A stretch of DNA of 64,000 bases from a virus (IMGVR_UViG_2706795442_000001), one strand, 5' to 3'. Counted from the stretch's first letter, positions 1-9,729 are shown. Made by a program: numbers and translations. Notes: generated by a model not told the origin, from the letters alone.

Positions 1-2
1 AA

Positions 3-140
3 AAGAATGACGAAGTAACAGAAGACACTATTCTTGACGGATTAACTTCTGATGAAGTTGCTACTGTACTACAAGAAGTAATCATGTCTGCTATGGGTAT
101 TTCAGACGAAGACGTCGAAGAAGCTAAAGAGGGAAAGTAG
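3..140 (+). CDS. tail assembly chaperone (gpG-like), 3' part; 5' end lies outside the window
   Basis: Open frame 3 from the window edge to TAG at 138-140. Sits immediately upstream of a -1 frame ORF and the tape measure gene, matching the G/GT/TMP synteny. Confidence 0.5.
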   Translation, partial: KNDEVTEDTILDGLTSDEVATVLQEVIMSAMGISDEDVEEAKEGK

Positions 141-379
141 AAACATTTTCCTGGACAAAGACGTATTACCAATATAATGAAATGATTGGTACATTAATAA
201 AAGATTATGGTTTTCGTTGGTCTGATTTTGATGATATGACTGACGAAGACTTGCACGATATTGTAAATGCAAAAGCAGAATACAAAAAGAAAAGACAACA
301 AAACCAAGAAAACAAACAAAACAACGTTTCTCCAGAAAATTCTTTGGAGGCTTTCTTGAAATCAAACGGATTACTATAA
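128..379 (+). CDS. -1 frame extension (T part) of the tail assembly chaperone; GT-type fusion expected after a slip at 131-137
   Basis: Frame 2 is open from 128 to TAA at 377-379. It overlaps the end of the frame-3 ORF and has no RBS of its own before ATG 182. A slippery heptamer sits just before the G stop. Confidence 0.45.
   Translation, partial: RGKVETFSWTKTYYQYNEMIGTLIKDYGFRWSDFDDMTDEDLHDIVNAKAEYKKKRQQNQENKQNNVSPENSLEAFLKSNGLL
131..137 (+). promoter_or_regulatory. G_GGA_AAG slippery heptamer; programmed -1 ribosomal frameshift site
   Basis: In the zero frame the codons read GAG GGA AAG TAG. The heptamer GGGAAAG is identical to the lambda G/GT site and lies directly before the stop. Confidence 0.5.
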
Positions 380-394
380 ATAAAAATAATAGGA

Positions 395-442
395 GGGGTA
401 AGGTATCTAACAAACAGATACTTTGCCCCTGTTTATTTTTTT
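395..442. terminator. bidirectional intrinsic terminator
   Basis: Imperfect 14-bp stem (GGGGTAAGGTATCT ... AGATACTTTGCCCC) followed by TTTATTTTTTT. An A/T tract also lies on the other side, serving the minus-strand gene 477..698. Confidence 0.55.
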
Positions 443-476
443 GTATAATTTAAGACAATAAAAGGTAGATTTTACG

Positions 477-698
477 TTAACAATGTTCGGATTCTGGTTC
501 TTCAACAGTAATGATTTCATAGTCTTTTACAACAAAAGACGAATTATCAGCGAATCTTTTAGCGTCTTGTTCGATATTAAACCATACAGCATCAATAATA
601 TTTGTTATCCAACGTTTGTTGCCGTTATCATCAACACTAAAGTATAAATATTCTCCATTGAGTTTTTTATAACCAATTACATAAAAATCAGTAAACAT
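477..698 (-). CDS. hypothetical 73-aa protein; reverse-oriented moron inside the tail module
   Basis: ORF from the track. It has its own upstream promoter (731-758) and a downstream terminator (395-442). Confidence 0.55.
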   Translation of the reverse strand: MFTDFYVIGYKKLNGEYLYFSVDDNGNKRWITNIIDAVWFNIEQDAKRFADNSSFVVKDYEIITVEEPESEHC

Positions 699-730
699 TT
701 TAAAACCTCTTTCTTTAATTTGTTAACTTT

Positions 731-758
731 ATTATAGCATACATATTTATATTGTCAA
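731..758 (-). promoter_or_regulatory. sigma70-type promoter (TTGACA-16-TATAAT) for the 477..698 gene
   Basis: Minus strand reads TTGACA atataaatatgtatgc TATAAT, about 30 nt upstream of the start at 698. Confidence 0.55.
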
Positions 759-796
759 CACATTTATACATATTTTTTATAAGGAGTGAAAAACAC

Positions 797-1972
797 ATGC
801 CAGCTAATGGAAAGGTCGTTGGTAAATTAGTCGCACAGCTTGATTTACAAACAGCAGGATTTATGAAATCAACAACAGGCGTAAATAAAGCTATCAGACA
901 AATTCGTTCCAACTTAAAAACATTAGACAAATTTTATAAAGCTAGTGGCGATGAAATGAATCGTCTTAACTCTAAATATAAACAATCCAAAATCTTAATG
1001 GAAACATATAAAGAAAAACTTAATGGATTAAAAAAAGAGTTAAGTAGCTTAAAACCTAACACACAAGCGTTTGTTAAACAACAAAGTCAAATTAGACGTA
1101 CAGAAGCAGACATGAAGCAATTAGAAGCTGAAATGAAAAATTATCGTAAGCAAATGCTTTATGTTAACTCATCTATGGACCAAGCGAATGCTAAATATAA
1201 ATCTCATAAAGCAGTTCTTGAAGCAAATAGAAAAATTGCTGTTGCTCAAGGAAATGCAGAAAAGAAATTAAGATACGATAAAAAATTAATGGCAGCACAG
1301 ATTCAAAGAAATAATGAGGTGCTAAAAGGAGAACGAGTAATACTTGGTAGAATACGTTCAACTTTAGGTATCACAAGTAATGAATATAAAGAACAAGCTG
1401 CTAAAGTTAAACAGTTAAAAGCAGAAAATGTTGGATTAACTGCTTCAATGAAATCTGTCAACAGACAAATGTTGGTATATAGAGCATCACAAAAAAACAT
1501 GAACGCTGGATTAAATCGTAGTTTGAATTTTATGAAACAAAATAAAGCTGGATTAATTGATGTAAGAAACAGTTTAATGGGTCTTACAGCAGCAGCTACA
1601 GGTGTAGCCTATCCGATTGCTAGAGCTTTTGGTGGAGCAATCAAGGCAACGGTACAATGGGAAGATGCTCAAGCAAACGTAGCAAAAACTACAAATGCTA
1701 GTAAAGCAGAGATGCAAGATTATTCTAAGAGTATTAGAAATATGGCAAAAGAAATGCCAGAATCACAAGCAGAAATTGCAAACACTATGGCAATGGCAGC
1801 ACAATTAGGTGTTAAGAACCTAAAAGGATTTACTAAAGTTGCTACACAAATGAGTGTTGCTACAGACATGACAGCAGAAGACGCAGCAACAAGTATGGCA
1901 AGATTTGCAAACGCCACAGGAAAACCTAATTCAGATTTCAAAAAATTAGGTAGTACAGTTGTTCAATTGGGT
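797..1972 (+). CDS. tape measure protein, exon 1 (the unspliced ORF would continue to 2017)
   Basis: RBS AAGGAGTG lies 8 nt before ATG 797. Sequence is coiled-coil rich and matches the TP901-type TMP signature (…GLTAAATGVAYPIARAFGG…MAMAAQLGV…). The proposed 5' splice site follows GGT 1970-1972. Confidence 0.7.
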
Positions 1973-2986
1973 AAAATATTGTTGCCCCCTTATACAGAAA
2001 TGTATATTGCACAGTAACCAAAAACGATGAAGGCTAAGTTGACAATTTATACTTTCTATGTTATATTAATAATAGGAGGTGTAAATATGAAAAAGACGAA
2101 TGAACAATTTTTAAATGAAGTTTATAATCTTGTAAAAAATGATTATACTTTTAAAGAAAAATATAAAAATGCAAAAACTAAAATATTAGTACAACATAAT
2201 GTTTGTGGATACAACTATTACGTAAGCCCAACAAACTTTTTATCTGGAACTAGATGTCCGGCTTGTGCTAAAAATTTTAAAGACAATTCTTTGTTTTTAA
2301 AAGAGGTAGAAAAACTAGTTGGGAATGAGTACGAAGTATTAGACACGTATATAAGCAAAAGACACGAAATATCTTTTAAGCACAATACTTGTGGTACGGT
2401 ATTTAAAAAGATTCCAGAGACATTTTTAATAGGCAGACGTTGTCCAAAATGTGGATTAGAAAGACGTTCTAAAGAAAACCATTATAAGTATAATCCCAAT
2501 TTAACACAAGAAGATAGAGCAAAAAGAGATATGTTTAAAGGTAAAATAAAAAAATGGAGAAATAAAGTCTTCGCTAGAGATAATTATAAATGTAGAAAAT
2601 GCTCTAAAAAAGGAAAATTAAATGCTCATCACATTATGTCTTGGGATAAAAATATTAACGAAAGATTTGACGTAGATAATGGCGTTACCTTATGTGAAGA
2701 GTGTCATAAATCTTTTCATTCTATATACGGATATGGAGATAATAATAAAATACAGTTTTTAAACTTTTTAAATTGTCAATAAGCTAATATCGTGGTAACT
2801 ATAAATTTTAAAAGATTTATAGCACCGTAACGCATAGTTCTTGAAACTTTATCTATAAATAAAGAATAAAATAGAACCACGAGTGGTTACCAACTAAACG
2901 TATTTTGACGTAGTTGAAAATGTATGCTGAACTATATGGAAACATATAGAGCTATAGGATAAAAAGCCTTTAGGATAACAAATTTG
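1973..2986 (+). mobile_element. putative group I intron in the tape measure gene; carries an HNH endonuclease ORF
   Basis: The TMP frame is interrupted by a stop at 2015-2017 and resumes in frame after g2986. Intron positions 1978-1983 (ATTGTT) are complementary to the 3' exon start AACAAT (P10). The adjacent GCCCCC can pair with exon-1 end UGGGU (P1, with a U.G pair at the splice site). Confidence 0.45.
2087..2782 (+). CDS. HNH homing endonuclease (intron-encoded)
   Basis: RBS AGGAGGTG precedes ATG 2087. The C-terminal HNH motif reads CRKCSKKGKLNAHHIMSW…NGVTLCEECHKSFH. N-terminal Cys-rich repeats (CGY…CPAC, CGT…CPKC) are present. Confidence 0.8.
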   Translation: MKKTNEQFLNEVYNLVKNDYTFKEKYKNAKTKILVQHNVCGYNYYVSPTNFLSGTRCPACAKNFKDNSLFLKEVEKLVGNEYEVLDTYISKRHEISFKHNTCGTVFKKIPETFLIGRRCPKCGLERRSKENHYKYNPNLTQEDRAKRDMFKGKIKKWRNKVFARDNYKCRKCSKKGKLNAHHIMSWDKNINERFDVDNGVTLCEECHKSFHSIYGYGDNNKIQFLNFLNCQ

Positions 2987-5900
2987 AACAATATGGCAAC
3001 ACAAGAATCAACTCTTATGAACTTTGCTCAACGTTTAGCAGGTACAGCAACAGTCGTTGGCGTAAGTCAAAAAGACATTATGGCACTATCTGCGGCTATG
3101 GCTTCGGTTGGTATTAACGCCGAATCCGGTGGCTCTGCAATGTCTAAAGTTCTTACAAAAATGAACAATGCCGTTAAAGACGGTGGGGAGAAACTTCAAG
3201 GCTTTGCAAAAGTAGCAGGAATGTCTGGTCAAGAGTTTGCTGAGGTATGGAGAAAAGACCCATATAAAGCAGTACAACAATTTGAAGAAGGGTTAGCTAA
3301 CCAAAACAAACAAGGTAAAAACGTTAAAGCAATGCTTAAAGATTTAGGTATTACTGAATTACGTGAAACTGATACAGTATTACGTTTAGCTAACGGTAAC
3401 AAACAATTACAAACTGCTAGAGAAAATGCAAACAAAGGGTATAAAGAAGGTAACGCACTTTCTAAAGAAGCTGAAACTAAGTATAAAACTTTAGGAAATC
3501 AAATGAAAATCTTTATGAACCATGTTAGAGATTTAGGTATTTCTTTAGGTTCAGCACTTGCACCAGCATTAATTGGTATTATGAAAGTATTAACACCTTT
3601 AGTTGACGCATTAGCTAAAGCACCAACACCCGTCAAAGCATTTGTTGCAGCATTAGCGTTGATTCCAGTTATTGCAGTTCCAGTATTGGGTGTAGCGGCA
3701 GCTATCACAGGTGCTATGGGATTAGTTGGACAATCAATGTTAGTAGCAGAAAAGGCAGCAATGTCAAGTTCCAGAGGATTAAGATTCTTTGTAGCTACAC
3801 AAAAATTGATGTTTAGCCCTATTAAGACTACTACACAAATGTTACAAAATCTAGCAGCAAGTTTCAGAAGAACTGGAAAAGCTAGTAAAGTAATGGCAGC
3901 AGAAACAGTTGCATCTGAAAAGGCAGTAGAAGCGTCAAGTGTAGGAATGAGCCGAGTAGCTAGAAACTCTAACACAGCTAGTAAATCTATGCAAGGTGCA
4001 GGAGTTGCTATGGCTTCAACAGGTAAAAAAGCATCATTTACTAGTAAATTATTTGGCGGTTTGAAAAAAGTTATTGGTCCACTTATCGGAATGGGCGGAT
4101 TACTTACAGCTGCATTTGAGGCTTTAGCCGCAGTGATAGGAGCTCTTTCAGCGCCGATACTAGCAATTGTAGCCGCAGTTGCCGCAGTAGGTGTTGCATT
4201 TGTAGTTGCTTATAAGAAAGTAAAATGGTTTAGAGACGGAATCAACGGACTTGTTTATGTTCTTAAAGTTTTTGCAGGCGGAATAGTATCAAGTACAGTT
4301 AATGGAATTAAGTCTCTTGGACGTTGGTTCGGTTGGCTTGGTGGAATTGTTAAAGATAAAGCAACTTCTGCTATTAAGTCTTGGTGGAAATCTTTACCAC
4401 AAGACAGCGACATTAAACAACAAGTTAAGGCTGTTCAATCTGTAGGAAACAGTTTTAAAAACGTAATGAAAACATTAGGAACTGCTACACACAAAGCGAC
4501 GGATGTTTCAAACGTTTTAGGTAAAGGTGTTTCTAAAGGAACTAAACAAGCATTAAATAATTTCGTTGATTATTCAGAGAAATCTGATAAAATATTAGCT
4601 GAGATTAAAAATAATCACAGTAGAATAACAACAGAAGAAAAAAATAAATTATTACAAATACAACAAGATACTACTAAAGATTTAATGTCAGAGTTTGAAA
4701 AGAGAGCTAAAGGTCAATTAGATATAGAACGTAAAGTTTTCTCTCAAAATAGTGGACTTTCAGAGAAACAAGAACAAGCTATCTTACAGAGAACTGAAAA
4801 ACGTTTCAGTAAAAGTAAACAAAAATTAACGGAAATCAACAAAGAAATTCAAGAACTTGTTAATAAACAAGCAAGAGATGGCAAATTAAGCGGCAAGGAA
4901 ATGAAAAGACTTAACCAACTATACGACGAACAACGTAAGTTAGCTGTCGGAACTCTTTCTTCAACTAACAAAGAACAGAAACGTATTCTTTCAAGAATGT
5001 CAGCGAACAGAGAAGCATATAATGTTAAAGAAGCTCAATCTATAGTAAAAGAAGCTATTAAGGCAAGAGATAATGCTAAAAAAGAAAATAAAAAACGATA
5101 CGACCAAGAAGTAGACCATATTAATAGTATGACAGACTTATCTAAAACTGAAAAAGAAAAAATGTTAAAAGATGCTGATGATAGATATAGAAAAGCTAAT
5201 AAAAAAGCTGACGATAACCATAAGAAAGTTTTAGACGGCGTTAAGAAAAGCAACGAAGATATAGAAACAGAAATGGATTTATCTAACGGAAAAGTATACA
5301 GTAACGCAGAGAAATGGTGGGAAAAAACTAAGAAAGGTTTTGGCAATTTCTTTGGCGATATTGGAAAATCCTTCTCTGACATGGGTAAATCATGGAAGAA
5401 AAATTGGGATGAAATGATAAGTGATATATCTAGCGTTGATTGGTCTGGTATGTGGGACGGTATTAAAAATACCGGTTCCAATATCGGTGGTTGGTTCTCT
5501 GAAAAAGGACAAGAATTTGCTAAATCATTTAAAGGCGGTTGGGATGAAACTGTCACTAGATTAGGAGATTTATGGTCTAAATTGAAAGGGACTGGTTCAA
5601 ATCTAGGAACTTGGTTTGCTGAAAAAGGTCGACAATGGTATACTGACTTTAAAGATAGTTGGGAAACAACTAAGCAAACAGCCGGAGATTTATGGCAAGG
5701 TCTTAAAAATACTGGAACAGGTTTAGGTCAATGGTTTGGTCAAAAAGGTTCTCAATGGTATAATAATTTCAAAAACAGTTGGGAAACGACTAAACAGACT
5801 GCTGGAGACCTTTGGGCTGGTATTAAAAATACTGGTGCTGGACTAGGCGAGTGGTTTGGTAAAAAAGGCGCACAGTGGTATAATAACTTTAAAAGTCAAT

Positions 5901-8866
5901 GGGACTTAGCTAAATCAACCGCTGGAGATTTATGGAATGGAATCAAATCCACAGGGGCTAACTTAGGTCAATGGTTTGGTCAAAAAGGTGGTCAATTGTG
6001 GGGTGCTCTAAAATCTGGTTGGACTAATGCTGTAAATACTACAGGAAATCTTTGGGGCACTATTACTGGAAAAATGGCTACCGGTTGGGAATCTGTAAAA
6101 GGCTGGTTCGCAACAAAAGGTTCTCAAATGGTGTCTGCTATTGTACAAGGTTGGAACTCTACTGTTCATACAGTAGGTACTGCATTTGGTACTCTTTGGG
6201 GTACCGTAAAACGAATTTGGTCTGGAATGACTGGAACAATAAGATACTGGTCTGGTGTAATTTGGGATAGAGTTAAAACCGTATTTAACTGGATTAAAGG
6301 TAAAATAAGTGGCGCTTTAATGGGTGCATGGAAATCAGTACAAAGAATCTGGAAAGGTATGAAAGGCACATTCTCCTACTGGACTGGAGCTATCTGGAAC
6401 CGTGTAAAATCAGTGTTTGGTTGGATTAAAAATAGAATCGGCTCAACACTAAACGACGCTTGGAAAATTGTACGACATGTTTGGAAAGGTATCAAAGGTA
6501 CGATAACTTATTGGACAGGTGCTATTTGGAATAGAATCAAGTCTATTTTTGGCTCAATCAAGAATAGAATAGGTTCTACAATGAATGCCGCCTGGAAGAT
6601 TATGCAAAGAATATGGAAGGGTATTAAAGGTACAGTAACATACTGGACAGGTGCTATACTTGGTAGAGTAAAATCTATTTTTGGAACAATGAGAAATACT
6701 ATCTCTAAAGTAATGAATAGAATTAAATCTATTATGTCAAATATTTGGCGTTCTATCAAGAGAAATAGTATTAATTTAATGACTGGTATGTGGAACAAAA
6801 TCAAGAGTGTATTTAACAATATGGTTGACGGAGTTAAAACTTTTGGTTCATCTGTTAAAAAACATATTGGCGACATGGTTGGTGGCGTTAAAAAAGGTCT
6901 TAATGGATTGATTAACGGTGTTAACTGGGTCGGCGGAAAATTAGGTATAGACAAAAAAATACCTACATTATCTACTGGTACAGAATCTACACATACACAA
7001 AACTTTGTTAGAAATGGCGCTATTAGCACACCAACTTTAGCAACAGTAAATGACAAAGGACCTGGTAATGGTACTGGTAGAAATGGACATCAAGAATTAA
7101 TTCAACGTAAAAACGGTTCATTATTTGCACCACAAGGAAAAGATGTAGTAGTTCCATTAAATAAAGGCGATAAAGTTATTAATGGTAAAACTACTCAAAA
7201 AATGCGTAAACAAGGTCTTATTCCTAAGTTTTCTCGTGGTACTGATGAGGGAGACCTTGTCAGAAGAAGCATGTTAAAAGATGCAAAAAGAGCAAAACGT
7301 AAACAAAAAAGAAAACATAATCATAGTCATGGTATAGACGCCGGAGAAATGATGGGTCAAGGCGGCATGGGCGGTGCTGCAAAAGAAGCATGGAAATATG
7401 TAGAAGACAAAACCAAAAATATTGGTAAGAAAACTAGTAAAACAGTTTCATCATTGAGTAACGGCGCACAAAAAATGCTTAACACTTCTAAAGAAGCACT
7501 AGGTGCTGCTGGAGATTGGGCTAAGAAAAAAGCCGGAGACTTAATGGATTATGTTGGACATCCAGGCAAACTTTTACAAAAAGTAATGAGTGAGTTTGGT
7601 GCTGACTTTAGTATGGTTAAAGGGGAAATCCCTTCTATGCTTTGGGACGCAATGTGGAAACGTCTAAAAGAAGCTGTAGAATCATTATTCAATGACTGGT
7701 TAGACGACGCTATGGAAGGCGATGGCGACGGTAAATATATCAAATATCTTGATAATATCACTACGCCATATAGTCCTAATGGACCACCACCAGGCTATGC
7801 GTTTAATTGGGCGCATCCTGGTATTGACTTACCTTATATATACGAAAAAGTTCAAACACCATTAGAAGGTAAAGTTCAAACTAAAGATACTGGTAATGTT
7901 GGATTCGGTCATCATATCGTTGTTAAAGCGAAGCCTTATGACGCATATTTCGGTCATATGAGTAAATGGTCAGTTAAGAATGGACAACACGTAAAACCAG
8001 GAGATGTACTTGGTATATCTGGTAACACAGGTTCAAGTACAGGACCACACTTACACTATGAAATGAACAAGCACGGAATGGGTTCTATGACTGGTCACTC
8101 TATCGACCCTGTTAAGTGGTTAAAATCACATAACGGAAGTAAAGGTGGACGTGGCGGTGTAAACAAATCTGCTAGTGCTTGGGCTAGTGATATTAGAAGA
8201 GCCGCTAAACAAATGCACACAAGTGTTTCTTCTGGAGACGTTAGTAGAATTGTTAGTCTTATTCAGCACGAATCCGGCGGTAATGCAGGTGTTACACAGT
8301 CTAGTGGATTAAGAGATATTAACGTATTGCAGGGCAATCCAGCGAAAGGTTTATTACAATTTATTCCACAAACATTTAGACATTATGCTGTTCGTGGTCA
8401 CGGAAACATTATGAGTGGTTATGACCAATTACTTGCATTCTTTAACAACAAATATTGGAGAAGTCAGTTTAACCCAGGTGGCGGCTGGTCTCCTAGTGGT
8501 CCTAGAAGATATGCAAATGGTGGTATGATTAAAAAGCATGGATTATATGAAGCTGGAGAAGGTAATAGACCAGAAATGGTATTACCACTCACTAAGAAAA
8601 ATCGTTCTATGCAATTAATCGAACAAGCCAAATCGTTCATGGGAATCAAAGATGAACCGGTTTCTGTTGATAGTGGCAATGGTGCTATAGATATTATAGC
8701 AAAACTATTAGAACAAAACAATAGATTATTAGAAACTATTGTCAATGTAGTAGATAATAAAGAATTAGTTGTTGACGGACAGGCTATTACAAATAGTGTC
8801 AGTCAGAACTTAGGTAGTAAATATAATCAGTCTAGCTACCATCGTGGCAAGAAACATAAAAGATAA
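2987..8866 (+). CDS. tape measure protein, exon 2: TMP core, Trp-periodic repeat block, M23 peptidase domain and lytic transglycosylase (SLT) domain
   Basis: Continuation of the TP901-type TMP domain (MATQESTLMNFAQRLAG…). An M23 motif HHIVV…GNTGSSTGPHLHYE lies at about 7900-8070. An SLT motif LIQHESGGN lies at about 8260-8285. No independent RBS is present (TTG at 2984 in the track; ATG at 2993). Confidence 0.85.
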   Translation, partial: NNMATQESTLMNFAQRLAGTATVVGVSQKDIMALSAAMASVGINAESGGSAMSKVLTKMNNAVKDGGEKLQGFAKVAGMSGQEFAEVWRKDPYKAVQQFEEGLANQNKQGKNVKAMLKDLGITELRETDTVLRLANGNKQLQTARENANKGYKEGNALSKEAETKYKTLGNQMKIFMNHVRDLGISLGSALAPALIGIMKVLTPLVDALAKAPTPVKAFVAALALIPVIAVPVLGVAAAITGAMGLVGQSMLVAEKAAMSSSRGLRFFVATQKLMFSPIKTTTQMLQNLAASFRRTGKASKVMAAETVASEKAVEASSVGMSRVARNSNTASKSMQGAGVAMASTGKKASFTSKLFGGLKKVIGPLIGMGGLLTAAFEALAAVIGALSAPILAIVAAVAAVGVAFVVAYKKVKWFRDGINGLVYVLKVFAGGIVSSTVNGIKSLGRWFGWLGGIVKDKATSAIKSWWKSLPQDSDIKQQVKAVQSVGNSFKNVMKTLGTATHKATDVSNVLGKGVSKGTKQALNNFVDYSEKSDKILAEIKNNHSRITTEEKNKLLQIQQDTTKDLMSEFEKRAKGQLDIERKVFSQNSGLSEKQEQAILQRTEKRFSKSKQKLTEINKEIQELVNKQARDGKLSGKEMKRLNQLYDEQRKLAVGTLSSTNKEQKRILSRMSANREAYNVKEAQSIVKEAIKARDNAKKENKKRYDQEVDHINSMTDLSKTEKEKMLKDADDRYRKANKKADDNHKKVLDGVKKSNEDIETEMDLSNGKVYSNAEKWWEKTKKGFGNFFGDIGKSFSDMGKSWKKNWDEMISDISSVDWSGMWDGIKNTGSNIGGWFSEKGQEFAKSFKGGWDETVTRLGDLWSKLKGTGSNLGTWFAEKGRQWYTDFKDSWETTKQTAGDLWQGLKNTGTGLGQWFGQKGSQWYNNFKNSWETTKQTAGDLWAGIKNTGAGLGEWFGKKGAQWYNNFKSQWDLAKSTAGDLWNGIKSTGANLGQWFGQKGGQLWGALKSGWTNAVNTTGNLWGTITGKMATGWESVKGWFATKGSQMVSAIVQGWNSTVHTVGTAFGTLWGTVKRIWSGMTGTIRYWSGVIWDRVKTVFNWIKGKISGALMGAWKSVQRIWKGMKGTFSYWTGAIWNRVKSVFGWIKNRIGSTLNDAWKIVRHVWKGIKGTITYWTGAIWNRIKSIFGSIKNRIGSTMNAAWKIMQRIWKGIKGTVTYWTGAILGRVKSIFGTMRNTISKVMNRIKSIMSNIWRSIKRNSINLMTGMWNKIKSVFNNMVDGVKTFGSSVKKHIGDMVGGVKKGLNGLINGVNWVGGKLGIDKKIPTLSTGTESTHTQNFVRNGAISTPTLATVNDKGPGNGTGRNGHQELIQRKNGSLFAPQGKDVVVPLNKGDKVINGKTTQKMRKQGLIPKFSRGTDEGDLVRRSMLKDAKRAKRKQKRKHNHSHGIDAGEMMGQGGMGGAAKEAWKYVEDKTKNIGKKTSKTVSSLSNGAQKMLNTSKEALGAAGDWAKKKAGDLMDYVGHPGKLLQKVMSEFGADFSMVKGEIPSMLWDAMWKRLKEAVESLFNDWLDDAMEGDGDGKYIKYLDNITTPYSPNGPPPGYAFNWAHPGIDLPYIYEKVQTPLEGKVQTKDTGNVGFGHHIVVKAKPYDAYFGHMSKWSVKNGQHVKPGDVLGISGNTGSSTGPHLHYEMNKHGMGSMTGHSIDPVKWLKSHNGSKGGRGGVNKSASAWASDIRRAAKQMHTSVSSGDVSRIVSLIQHESGGNAGVTQSSGLRDINVLQGNPAKGLLQFIPQTFRHYAVRGHGNIMSGYDQLLAFFNNKYWRSQFNPGGGWSPSGPRRYANGGMIKKHGLYEAGEGNRPEMVLPLTKKNRSMQLIEQAKSFMGIKDEPVSVDSGNGAIDIIAKLLEQNNRLLETIVNVVDNKELVVDGQAITNSVSQNLGSKYNQSSYHRGKKHKR
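5440..6840 (+). repeat. tandem degenerate repeats of about 120 nt (39-40 aa) encoding Trp/Phe every ~11 residues within the TMP
   Basis: Two units recur about four times each: GDLWxGIKNTGxxLGQWFGQKGxQWYNNFKNSWETTKQTA and AWKxxQRIWKGIKGTxTYWTGAIWNRxKSxFGxIKNRIGSTxN. The repeats are visible at the DNA level. Confidence 0.7.
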
Positions 8867-8879
8867 GGAGATGTAATTA

Positions 8880-9716
8880 ATGGCAGGAGATAGATGGGTA
8901 AAGGTAATTAAGCCTAATAAAAGTGATATTTTATTAACAGAAATTCCAGGACTTCATTTCCTAGAATGGAATATCCCATCTCCTGTTACTAATTCACAAG
9001 AACTAGAATTAACAGGCATTGACGGTGTTCTTCCTAGTAGGAACACCTACGGTGCTTTTGATTTAGAATTGTTGTTTTATTTTGCTGGAACAGATTCTAA
9101 AGATTTGAACTTGTTCTCTCAAAGAATGAAAAGTCTAATAAATGAGAGAGACCCTTTTTATATAGTTCATTCTGATATGCCTAGATTTAAATATGCTGTA
9201 AATTCAGCTGAAATCGAGTATGATAAAATAACAGTAGCAGATATGAATTTCACAATTAAATTTCATTGCTATAAAGGATATGCAGAATCTTTGTACAGTA
9301 CAAAACATTATAGTCTGTCAGATGATAATTGGCAATTCCAAAGTGGATTAGTAACTGATGAGGAGATTAAATATACTTTTCATTCAAATGGATTTAAAGT
9401 ATTTAATGGCGGAGATGATGAAATCAATCCATTATATAGACATAATTTAAAAATATATATTAATGTAGATGCTCCAAATGGTTTCACTATTAGGAACAAA
9501 ACTAATGGTACGTCTTTGACTTATAAAGGTAGCCTTAAAAAGAATAGAACTTTTGTTATAAATGGAATCTATTCTATTATAGATAATAAAAGAGTTGGGA
9601 AAGATACTGATTATGGTATTATTACTTTAGAACAAGGATATAATGATATTGAAATAGATGGAACTTCAATAGGTTCAGCAAAATGTAGATTTGATTTTAA
9701 CTTTATTTATAGATAA
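8880..9716 (+). CDS. distal tail protein (Dit)-like
   Basis: Sits immediately downstream of the TMP with RBS AAGGAG. Size (278 aa) and position are typical of a siphovirus Dit. Confidence 0.5.
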   Translation: MAGDRWVKVIKPNKSDILLTEIPGLHFLEWNIPSPVTNSQELELTGIDGVLPSRNTYGAFDLELLFYFAGTDSKDLNLFSQRMKSLINERDPFYIVHSDMPRFKYAVNSAEIEYDKITVADMNFTIKFHCYKGYAESLYSTKHYSLSDDNWQFQSGLVTDEEIKYTFHSNGFKVFNGGDDEINPLYRHNLKIYINVDAPNGFTIRNKTNGTSLTYKGSLKKNRTFVINGIYSIIDNKRVGKDTDYGIITLEQGYNDIEIDGTSIGSAKCRFDFNFIYR

Positions 9717-9729
9717 GGGAGGTAGAAGA

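Noticed and set aside
6052-6369. Track ORFs inside the TMP gene on both strands (6052-6270 +, 6166-6369 -, 3086-3435 -, 3499-3975 -, 5035-5556 -, 6508-7056 -, 7549-7761 -, 8464-8745 -)
   Set aside because: They lie entirely within the strongly supported TMP coding frame. They are low-complexity translations of the repeat region with no RBS, and are treated as spurious.
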